Shown piece by piece: positions 27,113 through 36,652 of a DNA stretch of 64,000 nucleotides. The number at the start of each line of letters is the position of its first letter. Position 1 is the stretch's first letter. The position numbers and the translations under genes are program-made. The stretch spans positions 2,264,894 through 2,328,893 of the forward strand of contig OZ255842.1 of NCBI GenBank assembly GCA_965277805.1, in the 5' to 3' direction. The notes beneath the pieces were generated by a model, which ran no database searches, was not told the origin of the DNA, and saw only the letters and a program-made list of their open reading frames with translations. The DNA comes from Candidatus Lustribacter sp. Its GTDB lineage: Bacteria > Vulcanimicrobiota > Vulcanimicrobiia > Vulcanimicrobiales > Vulcanimicrobiaceae.

Positions 27113-28057
27113 ATGCGTAGAGCTCGCTTTGCGGCCGCGGTCGCTGCAACAACACTTATGCCGGTGCCCGCGTTCGCACAGTCGCTTTCGCTGCCCGCCG
27201 TGCGGATTGCGACCGTCCCAATCGACAGTGGCATGCAGGTCCGCTACGCACAAGACCTTGGCTCATTCGCAAAGGCGGGGCTGAGCGTCGAGGTTCAAGC
27301 GATCACGAACGGCTCGCAGATCACGGCGGCGGTCATCGCGGGTACCATCGACATCGGCTTTTCGAACCTGCTCTCGGTGATCCAGGCATACGAGCGCGGC
27401 ATTCCGATCGTCGCCCTCTTTCCAGCCGGACTTTATAGTTCAGAACGGCCCAACGGCGGTCTGGTCGTTGCCAAAGACTCGACAATCGCATCGGCCAAGG
27501 ACTTGAACGGCAAGACGATCGGGATTTCCACGCTCGGCAATATGACGCAGCTCGCCCCTATGGCCTGGATCGATCAGCACGGCGGCGATTACAAAAGCGT
27601 GCGCTGGATTGAAATTCCGGCATTTCCGGCGCTGCAAGCCGCGGTCGAACAACACCGGATCGATGCCGCGTTCTTAAGCGATCCCATCTTCACGGCGGCC
27701 AAACAAACGGATCGGCTCCTTGCGAACGCGCTCGACGCGATCGGACCGCGCTTCGTGACCGGAACCTGGTTCTCCACGAAGCAGTGGGCCGAGCAGCACC
27801 CTGACCTCGTTGCGCGATTCATTGCCGCGATGAAGGAGGCGTCGCATTGGGCGAATACCCATCCGCGAGACGCCGTGCCGCTGATCGCCAAATACACGAA
27901 CGTACCGCTCGACGTCGTATCCAGCGAGCCGGTGACGGTTCTCGGCGAAGGGCTGATTTCGAGTGATTACAAGCCACTACTCGATGCCGCATCAAAATAT
28001 GGTCTCGTGCCGAGACCGATCTCCGTTGGGGAACTCATCGTTCGCCCGCCTCGTTAG
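27113..28057 (+). CDS. Secreted NMT1/SsuA-like substrate-binding protein
   Basis: 314 aa with signal MRRARFAAAVAATTLMPVPAFAQS. It has DSTIASAKDLNGKTIGI..WIDQHGGDYKSVRWIEIP. Confidence 0.8.
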   Translation: MRRARFAAAVAATTLMPVPAFAQSLSLPAVRIATVPIDSGMQVRYAQDLGSFAKAGLSVEVQAITNGSQITAAVIAGTIDIGFSNLLSVIQAYERGIPIVALFPAGLYSSERPNGGLVVAKDSTIASAKDLNGKTIGISTLGNMTQLAPMAWIDQHGGDYKSVRWIEIPAFPALQAAVEQHRIDAAFLSDPIFTAAKQTDRLLANALDAIGPRFVTGTWFSTKQWAEQHPDLVARFIAAMKEASHWANTHPRDAVPLIAKYTNVPLDVVSSEPVTVLGEGLISSDYKPLLDAASKYGLVPRPISVGELIVRPPR

Positions 28058-29093
28058 GGAATTGTAGGCGATGCGCAGTCCGTTCCGATATCCCCGGCTG
28101 CCCGGTCCGGCGCACGTTCTGAATGAGCCTGTTATTATATTCTTCCGCTTCGACTTCATCATAGCGCGGCGGATTCGACGCATCGTGACACGTCGGCAAG
28201 CAGCGGATCAGTGAGCTTCCATGCGGATAGGTAAAAAACGGCAGCGACACCCGCGGCTTTCCGGCTAGATTCAGCGCCCGATGCAGCGTCGACATATAGA
28301 GATCGTTTGTCCACATCGCGAGCATGTCGCCGATGTTGACGACGAACGTGTTCGGAATAGGCGGAACATCGATCCACTGGCCCGCTGAATTTTTGGCTTG
28401 CAAACCACCAACGGTATCCTGGAGCAAGATCGTAAACGCGCCGTAATCCGTATGTGGCGAGAAGCTCCACTGATTCTCTTGGAGCTGCGCTTGGTCGACC
28501 GGCGGATAGTAGTTCAGGAGCAGGTTTGCTCCAAGATAGCGGAACATCTCGTCGAAAAACGCTTCGTCGAGCCCTAAACTCAGCGCGAGAGCACGCGCCA
28601 GCGTGCGTGCCAGGTTCGAGCACGTTCGCATATACGACTTCATGAAGTCCTCGAAACCCGGTGCGAGCTTCGGGTCGGGCCACTGACTGTTGCCCGCGTT
28701 ATAGTTTCCGTTTGCCGGCTCGCCCGCAATGAGTTCGCGACTCATCGTAAAGCGCTCTTTGATGTCCGGCGCCGCCACCGTGCGCTCCACTCCGCCGACT
28801 TGCACGAAACCGCGGCCGGCCGGACTATTCACGCTCGAAACGCTGAGCTTGTCCTCAAGCGGCAGCGCAAAAAAGCGATGTGACAATTGGAGTGCGCGTT
28901 CCAGCTCCGCTTCGCTTAGCCCGTGCCCGACGAGGTAAAAGAAGCCGATGCTGATGCACGCCTCGCGCAGCTGCGCGGCCACTTCGGAACGCTCTGCTAA
29001 TGTGCCGCCGTTCACGAACGGAGCGAGATCGATGACCGGCAAAGCGGTTACGGCTTGTCGCTCTACTCCGGAAGGAATCGCATGACCCTGCAT
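28035..29093 (-). CDS. 2-oxoglutarate/Fe(II)-dependent oxygenase (isopenicillin-N-synthase-like)
   Basis: 352 aa. The DIOX_N-type N-terminus reads LPVIDLAPF..LREACISIGFFYLVGHG. The catalytic region reads FSPHTDYGAFTILLQD ... STLHRA. Confidence 0.85.
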   Translation of the reverse strand: MQGHAIPSGVERQAVTALPVIDLAPFVNGGTLAERSEVAAQLREACISIGFFYLVGHGLSEAELERALQLSHRFFALPLEDKLSVSSVNSPAGRGFVQVGGVERTVAAPDIKERFTMSRELIAGEPANGNYNAGNSQWPDPKLAPGFEDFMKSYMRTCSNLARTLARALALSLGLDEAFFDEMFRYLGANLLLNYYPPVDQAQLQENQWSFSPHTDYGAFTILLQDTVGGLQAKNSAGQWIDVPPIPNTFVVNIGDMLAMWTNDLYMSTLHRALNLAGKPRVSLPFFTYPHGSSLIRCLPTCHDASNPPRYDEVEAEEYNNRLIQNVRRTGQPGISERTAHRLQFPNEAGER

Positions 29094-29111
29094 TCCGCCT
29101 ACCTCTGATCG

Positions 29112-29891
29112 TTAGTGATGGGTTAGGCCACCGTTGACCGCGATTGCTTGACCGGTGACGAAACCGCTCGCGGGGCTGGCAAGGAAGAGCACGAGCCCGA
29201 CGATATCCTGGGGTGTTTCGGGACGCTGGATGCACTGATTCGCGGCGATCCTGGCGGCGACTTGATCGTCGAAGCCGGCCCGAGGAATCTCGGTCGTCGT
29301 GGCGCCGGGGATGATCGTATTGACCGTGATATTGAACTTGCCCAATTCGGTCGAAAGCGCATTCGTCATGCCCAGCAATGCCGATTTCGAGGTGACGTAG
29401 TGCAAGTAATTCGGGGTACCTTGCCAAATTGACGACGTCGCGATATTGATGATGCGGCCCCACTGTGCCGCGCGCATCACCGGGGCGACCGCCCGGCTGC
29501 AGTAATACGGGCCGTTGACGTTAACGCGCAAGACGGTGTCCCAATCTTCGAGCGGGATCTCGTCGAACGGCCCCTTCTTCAGGGTCGAAAAGATCGCAGC
29601 ATTGTTGATCAGAATGTCGACACGACCGAAGGTGCTCGTAACGGTCTCGACCATCTTCGTGCACGCCTCGAGATCGGCGACGTCGACCTCTACGGCGAGA
29701 GCGCGTCCACCGGCATCGACAATCCCCTTTTCGACGCGCTTTGCATTTTCGAGATTGAGCTCGGCGATGACCGGTATAGCCCCCGCCGCAGCAAATGCCA
29801 GCGCGTATTCGCGTCCGATCCCTTGGCCGGCTCCCGTAACGATTGCGACCCGGTCCGTGAGATCCCGAAGGTCGCCGGTCAGCATTGCCAC
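29112..29891 (-). CDS. Short-chain dehydrogenase/reductase (SDR)
   Basis: The GTG at 29891 has AGGAG 7 nt upstream. It carries the TGAGQGIG cofactor motif, the NNAA motif and a YxxxK region (YVTSK). Confidence 0.9.
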   Translation of the reverse strand: MAMLTGDLRDLTDRVAIVTGAGQGIGREYALAFAAAGAIPVIAELNLENAKRVEKGIVDAGGRALAVEVDVADLEACTKMVETVTSTFGRVDILINNAAIFSTLKKGPFDEIPLEDWDTVLRVNVNGPYYCSRAVAPVMRAAQWGRIINIATSSIWQGTPNYLHYVTSKSALLGMTNALSTELGKFNITVNTIIPGATTTEIPRAGFDDQVAARIAANQCIQRPETPQDIVGLVLFLASPASGFVTGQAIAVNGGLTHH

Positions 29892-29949
29892 GCATTGACT
29901 CCTGAAGAGCGGGAAGGTATTTGGCTTTTGGGCAGTCGCGCTGCCGTTC

Positions 29950-31101
29950 CTATTGCTTAACGAGCACCCAGTCGCTCTTCGGCACGTCCCACCGCATCAC
30001 GACGAGATTATCGGCCGTCAGCCCGCGTTGGTTGCCGCCGCGAAAGTCATAAACACCCGCGATGCCGGCGAAGCCGTGTAAATTTTCGATGTACGAATGG
30101 ACCTGAGCACTCGTGGCATCAGCACCTAACGTGCGGAGCGCTTGAACGAGAATCAACCCGGCGTCCCAAAGGAAGCCGCTTTGCAGACTTACCGGGTAAT
30201 TTGATGCGCGCATCGCCTCATAAAATGCGCGCTGCGGTGCACCCAGTTTGCCGCCCGGCGCTGCCGACGGCAACATATACCTCAGCCCGGGGAAGTAGAG
30301 TTCCTTCGGCATGATCGACGCGAATTGCCGGATCTCACCGTAGGTCATGTTGCCCGAGGTCGTCACCATCGGCAGATCTAAGCCCGCGTCGCTCACGCCA
30401 TGCAGCAGCGTGCCGAATGGTGCGTTCGGCGCCCAGAGGAACACCACTTGCGGTTGGGCCGCCTTGATATCAGCGATTTGTGCGCCGACCGAGAGATCCG
30501 TGGGATTGAAGTGTTCGCGCCGGACCAATTTCAACTGCTTGTTCTCGGGCATCGCCAACGCCACGTCCATGGCCGCGTCGGCTTCTTGCCCGGAGGCGTC
30601 GGTGAGCGTGATGCTGGCGATACGATTCCAGCCGCGATCGCGCGCATAACGAACGAGTGCGATCACTTGGTCGCTATTCGAAACGCTGCCGGAAAAAAGG
30701 TAGCTGTCTTTCGCCGGATGGACCGCCGGCGATTGGCAGTACTGCACAGGACCGTTCTTAAGCAACGGCTCAGTTGCGCGACAACTGCCGACGACGCCTG
30801 GCCCAAGCATCCACTGGACGTGTTTTGCGATCAACTGATTCGTGAGTTCGACGGCCGTCTTGGCATCCGACCCCTCATCGAGGAATTGGAACCTGATCGG
30901 CTGCCCTTTGATGCCGCCCTGCGCATTTACCATCGACTGCAACGCGAGAAGAGCGTTTTGATTGTCCTTCCCGGAAAAGGCCGCCGAGCCGGTCAACGGC
31001 AGGATCGCATAGATATCGATCGGCTCGTTGAGCGTAGCCGGGGAGGCTGCCGATGCGCCGGCGAGCACGAGGGTAATGGCAAGAGCCATGAATTGAGTCA
31101 C
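29950..31101 (-). CDS. Secreted LivJ-type (Peripla_BP_6) substrate-binding protein
   Basis: The GTG at 31101 has GGGAG upstream. The signal is ..MALAITLVLAGASAASPA. The pattern ILPLTGSAAFSGKDNQNAL..INAQGGIKGQPI is typical of the family. Confidence 0.8.
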   Translation of the reverse strand: MTQFMALAITLVLAGASAASPATLNEPIDIYAILPLTGSAAFSGKDNQNALLALQSMVNAQGGIKGQPIRFQFLDEGSDAKTAVELTNQLIAKHVQWMLGPGVVGSCRATEPLLKNGPVQYCQSPAVHPAKDSYLFSGSVSNSDQVIALVRYARDRGWNRIASITLTDASGQEADAAMDVALAMPENKQLKLVRREHFNPTDLSVGAQIADIKAAQPQVVFLWAPNAPFGTLLHGVSDAGLDLPMVTTSGNMTYGEIRQFASIMPKELYFPGLRYMLPSAAPGGKLGAPQRAFYEAMRASNYPVSLQSGFLWDAGLILVQALRTLGADATSAQVHSYIENLHGFAGIAGVYDFRGGNQRGLTADNLVVMRWDVPKSDWVLVKQ

Positions 31102-31142
31102 GTGTTCACTCCCTATCGTTCAAAACACGGCCGGCTTTTCAC

Positions 31143-32111
31143 CTAACGCAAAGATAACGGCGTCAAGAGATCGCGGGCTGGAAACGCGGCTTTGATTGCG
31201 CCGAAGCGTGCGGCAACATCGATAACAGGCTGCACTAATTCGGGCGTCGTCTGTGAGGCAAAATACGGCCTTTGCGCCGCGAGCATATCGGCGACGGACA
31301 GCGGCGTGTATTTCGCGAATAATTTGACCGCCTCGTCCGCGTGCGCATTAGCCCATGCCGACGCCTTGCTCAAGGCATCTGTAAGGCGCTTCGCAAGATC
31401 CGGATGCTGCTGCACCCAGCTCGTCGTGGTAAACCAACCGGCAGCGACGAACGTCGGCGCGATCGAGTTGTAGGTGTACGCAACTCGTCGTAACCCGGCT
31501 TGTGCTTTCGCGGTGGCCGCGTTGCCGGGATCGATTTCGATCGCATCGACGCGACCCAACAACGCGCTATCGACCAGCATCGGAATCGACGTCTCCACGA
31601 AATGGACGGTCGTCGAGTCGCCGCCATTGTGGTCGATCCAGTTACGTAGCGCGTAGAACGATGTGTTACTCAGGCTCAAGACCGCGGTCGTCTTGCCGTC
31701 CAAGTCTTTTCCGGTGCGGATCGGCGAATTCTTCGCCACTTCGAGCAGGCCATCTGTGGGATCACTCGACCGGTAAAGCTCGGTTCCCAGGAGCATGCTT
31801 ACCGGGAGGCCTTTGTCATGCGCGACGATCAACGAGATCACGTTCGAGAAGCCCACGTCGACCGAGCCCGACACGACGGCCGCGGTGATAGCGGCGCCGT
31901 TTTGCAACGACGTGAATTCAGCCTTGATTCCGGCTTCTTGAAAATAGCCAAGGTCGCTAGCATAGTACGTAACGGCTGCAGTCTCCGTCGTAATGACCGC
32001 TATGCGCACCGTCGCGAGATCGGCTTGTCCGCGTGCCCAAGCGCCGGTGTCTACAACGCCGCCGAGCAAAGGGGCTGTCGCGGCCAACGATATCCACGCC
32101 GCCCGTCTCAT
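31143..32111 (-). CDS. Secreted NMT1/SsuA-like substrate-binding protein
   Basis: 322 aa with N-terminal signal MRRAAWISLAATAPLLGG... It has NSPIRTGKDLDGKTTAV..WIDHNGGDSTTVHFVE. It forms an ATGA overlap with the upstream FAH gene. Confidence 0.8.
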   Translation of the reverse strand: MRRAAWISLAATAPLLGGVVDTGAWARGQADLATVRIAVITTETAAVTYYASDLGYFQEAGIKAEFTSLQNGAAITAAVVSGSVDVGFSNVISLIVAHDKGLPVSMLLGTELYRSSDPTDGLLEVAKNSPIRTGKDLDGKTTAVLSLSNTSFYALRNWIDHNGGDSTTVHFVETSIPMLVDSALLGRVDAIEIDPGNAATAKAQAGLRRVAYTYNSIAPTFVAAGWFTTTSWVQQHPDLAKRLTDALSKASAWANAHADEAVKLFAKYTPLSVADMLAAQRPYFASQTTPELVQPVIDVAARFGAIKAAFPARDLLTPLSLR

Positions 32112-32791
32112 TTGATCGTGATCGTCAAATCGGTGAGGCCGTCGACGTGTCCTTGAAGACGATCCCCGCGCACGACCGCGTTGACGCCGTCGGGCGTCCC
32201 GGTAAAGATGATGTCACCCGGCGCGAGTTCCACCAACTCGGAGAGGAACGACAGCATTTCCGGCACGTTCCAGATCATGTCTCCAAGTGCGCCGTGCTGA
32301 CGCACCGAATCGTTCACCTTGAGCCAAATCGCGGCGCCGGCCGGCAAATGGCCGACGGCGTCAACCGGCGAGAGCGGACCGCATGGCGCGGATTGATCGA
32401 AACCTTTGGACATGTCCCACGGACGGCGCAGCGCTTTGGCTTCGTCCTGAAGATCACGACGCGTCATGTCCAAGCCCACCGCATAGCCGAACACGAGATC
32501 GAGCGCACGCTCCACCGGCACGTTGCTGCCGCCGGCCTTGAGCGCGACGACCAGCTCGATCTCGTGGTGGTAGTTGTTCGTTTTGGCCGGATACGGAACC
32601 GTGCTTTCGCACGTTACGGCGTCGGTCGGTTTCATGAAGAAAAAGGGTGGCTCGCGATCGGGATCGGCACCCATCTCGCGGGCGTGCGCGGCGTAATTAC
32701 GGCCAACGCAATAGATGCGGCGCACCGGAAAGCGATCGCCGCCGGCGACGGGAATCGTGGTCATCGCGGGGGCCGCAACGGTTGTGGTCAT
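32108..32791 (-). CDS. Fumarylacetoacetate hydrolase (FAH)-family hydrolase/isomerase
   Basis: The start at 32791 has GGAG 5 nt upstream. Motifs are RIYCVGRNYAAHA, FFFMKP, HHEIELVV and GDIIFTGTP. Confidence 0.85.
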   Translation of the reverse strand: MTTTVAAPAMTTIPVAGGDRFPVRRIYCVGRNYAAHAREMGADPDREPPFFFMKPTDAVTCESTVPYPAKTNNYHHEIELVVALKAGGSNVPVERALDLVFGYAVGLDMTRRDLQDEAKALRRPWDMSKGFDQSAPCGPLSPVDAVGHLPAGAAIWLKVNDSVRQHGALGDMIWNVPEMLSFLSELVELAPGDIIFTGTPDGVNAVVRGDRLQGHVDGLTDLTITIK

Positions 32792-32828
32792 CGTATCTCC
32801 AGTCGGAATAATAAGCATATTGACATGG

Positions 32829-33572
32829 TTAGAGGTGCTCCGCGATCCGGCACTTCCACGACTCCCACGGACGGTCGACGAAACGATCGGAATGCGCGCC
32901 CATGCGTTGCAGCTCGAAGGCGTTGAGGTAGTTCGGGCTTGGTCCCAGCTTGAGCGCATCGAGCACCAGACGTGCGTTGACTTCGGTGTAAATCGCGCGA
33001 AAGACCAGTTGCGGAAGATTGGCGGCGACGACCGTCTCGCCGTGCCCGCGCATCAGCACTACCGGTCCGTCGCCAAGCACCCGGGCGACGGCCGCGCCCA
33101 AAGCGTTGCTTTGGATCAACATGCCGTTGTCTTCGCCTGCCGTTGCGCGGATTTCGAACACCGGCACGGGGCCGCGCAAGAAGCCGGCCTGATGGCAGAT
33201 CGCGCGCAACGGCACATCGCTGACACCGAACGGGATTACGCCGGGCGAGTGCGTGTGCACGACGCACTGCACGTCGGGCCGCGCGCGGTAGATCTCGCCG
33301 TGGATAAAGCGCTCGCCGTAAAGCCGTTGGCCGTCGGGCAGCTGTTCGAGGAGCTCGCTGTTCTCATGGAGTTCGCACACGTCGGCGGCGCTAACCAAGT
33401 CGGGAGCGCGCGAGACCGAGATGAAGAAATGCTTTGGGTTCGCCGCCGAACGCACGCTGACGTGACCGTAGCCGTCGAGCACGTCCTGATCGGCCAGGAT
33501 GCGATTCGCGACCACGAGATCGGCGATGCGGTCCGCATCTTCGGCCGTCACGGCGGCACGGTTAGAGAGCAT
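32829..33572 (-). CDS. Class II aldolase/adducin-domain protein
   Basis: 247 aa with GYGHVSVR, VVHTHSP and LMRGHGETVV, the Aldolase_II hallmarks. Confidence 0.85.
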   Translation of the reverse strand: MLSNRAAVTAEDADRIADLVVANRILADQDVLDGYGHVSVRSAANPKHFFISVSRAPDLVSAADVCELHENSELLEQLPDGQRLYGERFIHGEIYRARPDVQCVVHTHSPGVIPFGVSDVPLRAICHQAGFLRGPVPVFEIRATAGEDNGMLIQSNALGAAVARVLGDGPVVLMRGHGETVVAANLPQLVFRAIYTEVNARLVLDALKLGPSPNYLNAFELQRMGAHSDRFVDRPWESWKCRIAEHL

Positions 33573-34506
33573 TGGGCGCGATCAGGTCCTTGGCGGCAAA
33601 CGCTTTCGGAATAGCGCCGTACCTCGCCGATGCGTCGATCAGCGGCTGAATCATCGCCCCATCGAGCTTCAACGCGAACACGGTGCGCGCCATCGTCGGG
33701 CTGACGGCGACCTTGGTATACTTCGTGATCAGCGCGCCCGATTCGCTCTGCTGCGTGTTCGCCCAGGCGGCCGTCTGCGCCATCGCTTTCTGAAAGCGCT
33801 TCACAATGTCGGGATGGGCTTGCGCCCACGCGCCGGACGCAAACCAGCCGCCGATGAGGAAATCGTTCGCGATGCCGTTGAAGCAGGCGGCGAGCACGCG
33901 CACCGTGCCCGCCGACACGGCCGCGCTAAGCGAGGGTTCGGCGATCACCGCGGCGTCGATGCGCCCCACGTTGAGAGCGTCCGGCATCTGCGGAAACGGC
34001 ATTTCCACGAATTTGATCGACGCCGGATCGACACCGTTTTGCGCGAGCCAGGCATACGCGCCGACTTGGGTGATGTTCTTCACCCCGTTGCCGGCGACGA
34101 TCCTCCCGGTCAAGTCCTTGGCGGCTTTGTACGGTGATTTCGCGCCCACCACGAGTTCCGCCGACGGCGCCTTGCTCGAGTACTGTCCGGCTCCGGCGAT
34201 CAGCACCACGTCAGTTCCGGCCGCATGCGCGGCGCAGAGCGACACCAGGTTCGATTGCGCAATGTCGATCGAGCCGGCGAGTACGGCGGCCACGATTGCG
34301 GCGCCGTTGGAAACAACCTGAATGTCGCCGTCGAGGCCATTAGCCTTGAGAAACCCTTTGTCTTCCGCCATGAAGATTTGCGCGTCGGACGGCGGCGTCG
34401 CGACCCTGATCGTTGTCAGGGCTTGCGCCTCCGCCTCACACGCCTTAACGGCGCCGTACGGCAGCAGCGCCGTCAGTGCCAGCCTCGCAAAGTGCCGCCG
34501 CTTCAC
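33562..34506 (-). CDS. Secreted NMT1/SsuA-like substrate-binding protein
   Basis: The ORF runs to 34884, but the real start is the GTG at 34506 (VKRRHFARLALTALLPYGAVKA..). That start forms a GTGA overlap with the upstream stop. It has KSPYKAAKDLTGRIVA..WLAQNGVDPASIKFVEMP. Confidence 0.8.
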   Translation of the reverse strand: MKRRHFARLALTALLPYGAVKACEAEAQALTTIRVATPPSDAQIFMAEDKGFLKANGLDGDIQVVSNGAAIVAAVLAGSIDIAQSNLVSLCAAHAAGTDVVLIAGAGQYSSKAPSAELVVGAKSPYKAAKDLTGRIVAGNGVKNITQVGAYAWLAQNGVDPASIKFVEMPFPQMPDALNVGRIDAAVIAEPSLSAAVSAGTVRVLAACFNGIANDFLIGGWFASGAWAQAHPDIVKRFQKAMAQTAAWANTQQSESGALITKYTKVAVSPTMARTVFALKLDGAMIQPLIDASARYGAIPKAFAAKDLIAPNAL

Positions 34507-35171
34507 GCGACGATCGCCTCGATGGTCTTGGTCAAAAACGCGCACGTGCGCTCGTCGGCTCGTTTCGCCGCCTCCGCGAAGTACTGCTCCTGGTGGGGGT
34601 TGGCAAAACCGTGGTCGGCGCCGCTGTACACGTGCATCTCGAATTGGGGATACGGATCGAACGCCGTCGCGAATCGCTCGCGGATCTTGGGCGGCGTGAA
34701 GTGATCGCGTTCGCCGACGTGCAGCAGCGTCGGTGATGCCGAGGCCGAGACCTCGCCGAGGTAGCGGTCGATGCGCGTGCCGTAGTATGCGACGGCCGCG
34801 TCGACGAAGCCGTCGCACGCGCAGCGGTACGCGAGCGTGCCGCCGAGGCAGTAGCCGATGACGCCGGCGCGCCCATCCGACCACGGCAACGCGCGCAGTT
34901 CTGCGACGCCGTCACGGATGTCGGCAAGCGCCGTGCCGTAATCGAGCTTCTCGTGCAGCGCGCGGGCTTGACGCTTCCCCGGATCGTCGTAGCCGAGCGC
35001 CGTTCCCGGCGCGTAGCGCCAGTACAAGTCGAACAGCAGCACGCCGTAGCCACGCGCGACGAACGTCTGAGCCAGCTCGCGCATCGCCTCGTTGACACCG
35101 AATACTTCCGGCAACATCACGAGCGCCGGGTGCGGCCCATCACGCTCGGGTGCGAACAGCAGGCCGTTCAT
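34503..35171 (-). CDS. Dienelactone hydrolase (carboxymethylenebutenolidase)-family protein
   Basis: I chose the start at 35171 (MNGLLFAPERDGPHPALVMLPEVFGVN), which shares one nt with the upstream stop (TGATG); an alternative Met lies at 35195. The nucleophile elbow is GYCLGG and HGF lies near the C-terminus. Confidence 0.8.
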   Translation of the reverse strand: MNGLLFAPERDGPHPALVMLPEVFGVNEAMRELAQTFVARGYGVLLFDLYWRYAPGTALGYDDPGKRQARALHEKLDYGTALADIRDGVAELRALPWSDGRAGVIGYCLGGTLAYRCACDGFVDAAVAYYGTRIDRYLGEVSASASPTLLHVGERDHFTPPKIRERFATAFDPYPQFEMHVYSGADHGFANPHQEQYFAEAAKRADERTCAFLTKTIEAIVA

Positions 35172-36334
35172 CAGTGCGGCCGGCGTTCGAGCCATGTCTT
35201 GGCCTTCACGTCCCACTGCGCGATGATCGCTTCGTTCGGGCCGAGCCCGCGCTGGGAGCCGTCGCTGAAATCGTAGATGCCGTCGATACCCGGGAAGCTC
35301 GTGAGGTGCACGATATAGTCGCGCACTTGCGCCGCGTTCGCCGTAGGCCCGAGCGCACGCACCGCCGCGATCACGATGCGGCCCGCATCCCACACGTTGC
35401 CGGCGCTCGAGTCGGCCTTGATCCCGGCCTTTTGCAGCGATTGCTGAAAGCCCGCGATCACCGGCCCGCTGGCGCCTTTCGTGGCCGCGCTCGCGCTGAA
35501 GTACTTGAAGCCGACGAAATACGGGCCTGGCATCCGCGGCGGCAGCGCCTCCATCTGCTGGAACGTCATGTTCGCGGTGGAGGAAAAGAGCGGAATCGTC
35601 AGCCCTGCGTCGTTATAGCCGCGCACGAGCGTGGTGAATGCAGCTCCCGAAGCCCAGCAGAAGCAGACTTGGGCGCCGGCCTGACGCAGGTGAGACATTT
35701 GCGCTGCGACGTTGAGGTCGGCCGCGTTGAAGTGATCGTTGACGACGACGTCGAGATCTTTGTTTTCGGGCAGCGCGATCGCCGCTTTGAACGCCTTCTC
35801 CGAATCCTGACCGGTCGAGTCGACCGACCAGATTGCACCGAAGTGTTTGAGCCCGATCGACCGGAAATAACGGATGGCGACGAGCTGGATGTCGCGCGCA
35901 TCGATGCCCCCGGAGAACATATAACTTCCGTCCGGCGGGTGCGGGCCCGGAGACGTGCAGTACGCCACCGGACCTTGCGTGAGCACGGGCATAACCGCGA
36001 AGCAATTTTGCGTCAGGTCCGGGCCGATGAGGGCCGGCGCTTTTTCCGCCATCGCCTGGTTCACGAGTTGCAAGGCGACTTGCGGGTTGGACTGATCGTC
36101 GACAAACGTGAAGTGCACCGTGTTCGCATTGGGTTCCGTGCTGTTGGAGATCTGCTCGAGCAGTTCCAACAACTGGCGCTGACCGTTCCCCTGGAACGCC
36201 AAGCTGCCGGTGAGCGAGAGGATCGCGGGAATCGTGATGACGGGTAGTTTGCCGAGCGCGCGCTGCGGCGGTGCCGCGGCGGTAGCGAAGACGACCAGCA
36301 CGAAAACGGCGAACGTTCGCAGCAGAGTTCTCAA
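35171..36334 (-). CDS. Secreted LivJ-type (Peripla_BP_6) substrate-binding protein
   Basis: The TTG start forms a TTGA overlap with the ferredoxin stop. The signal is MRTLLRTFAVFVLVVFATAAA. It has ILSLTGSLAFQGNG. Confidence 0.8.
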   Translation of the reverse strand: MRTLLRTFAVFVLVVFATAAAPPQRALGKLPVITIPAILSLTGSLAFQGNGQRQLLELLEQISNSTEPNANTVHFTFVDDQSNPQVALQLVNQAMAEKAPALIGPDLTQNCFAVMPVLTQGPVAYCTSPGPHPPDGSYMFSGGIDARDIQLVAIRYFRSIGLKHFGAIWSVDSTGQDSEKAFKAAIALPENKDLDVVVNDHFNAADLNVAAQMSHLRQAGAQVCFCWASGAAFTTLVRGYNDAGLTIPLFSSTANMTFQQMEALPPRMPGPYFVGFKYFSASAATKGASGPVIAGFQQSLQKAGIKADSSAGNVWDAGRIVIAAVRALGPTANAAQVRDYIVHLTSFPGIDGIYDFSDGSQRGLGPNEAIIAQWDVKAKTWLERRPH

Positions 36335-36642
36335 GCCTTTACCTCCACGGTGTCATCGGTGACGCGTACGTCGTACACGCCCAGCGCGCAATCGGCCGGC
36401 GGCCCCGACGCCTCACCCGTCCGCACATCGAAGCGGCCGGCATGCAAGGGGCACTCGATGTCGTTTCCGACCAGCAGACCGTTGGACAGCAGCGCTTGGC
36501 CGTGCGTGCAGATGTTATCGGTCGCATAGACGTTGCCGTCGACGTAGTAGACGGCGATCGATTTGTCACCGACCGTCGCCCCCACGATCCGCCGCTTGAT
36601 CAGCGTCGGCAGCGAAGCGACGGTCGTCCACGCGGCGCTCAC
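36331..36642 (-). CDS. Rieske [2Fe-2S] ferredoxin component
   Basis: I chose the GTG at 36642 because the ORF from 36693 overlaps the oxygenase by 41 nt; the product is 103 aa. The Rieske motif is CTHGQALLSNG..x..CPLHAGRF. Confidence 0.8.
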   Translation of the reverse strand: MSAAWTTVASLPTLIKRRIVGATVGDKSIAVYYVDGNVYATDNICTHGQALLSNGLLVGNDIECPLHAGRFDVRTGEASGPPADCALGVYDVRVTDDTVEVKA

Positions 36643-36652
36643 CGCGTGCGCT

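Noticed and set aside
33562-34884. Over-extended ORFs 33562-34884, 42084-43283, 25953-27086, 49186-50502, 50268-51425, 52861-54420 and 3850-4935 taken at face value.
   Set aside because: In each case the upstream part overlaps the preceding well-supported gene and is low-complexity. A downstream ATG, GTG or TTG gives the family-typical N-terminus or signal peptide, often with an SD or a 4-nt overlap.
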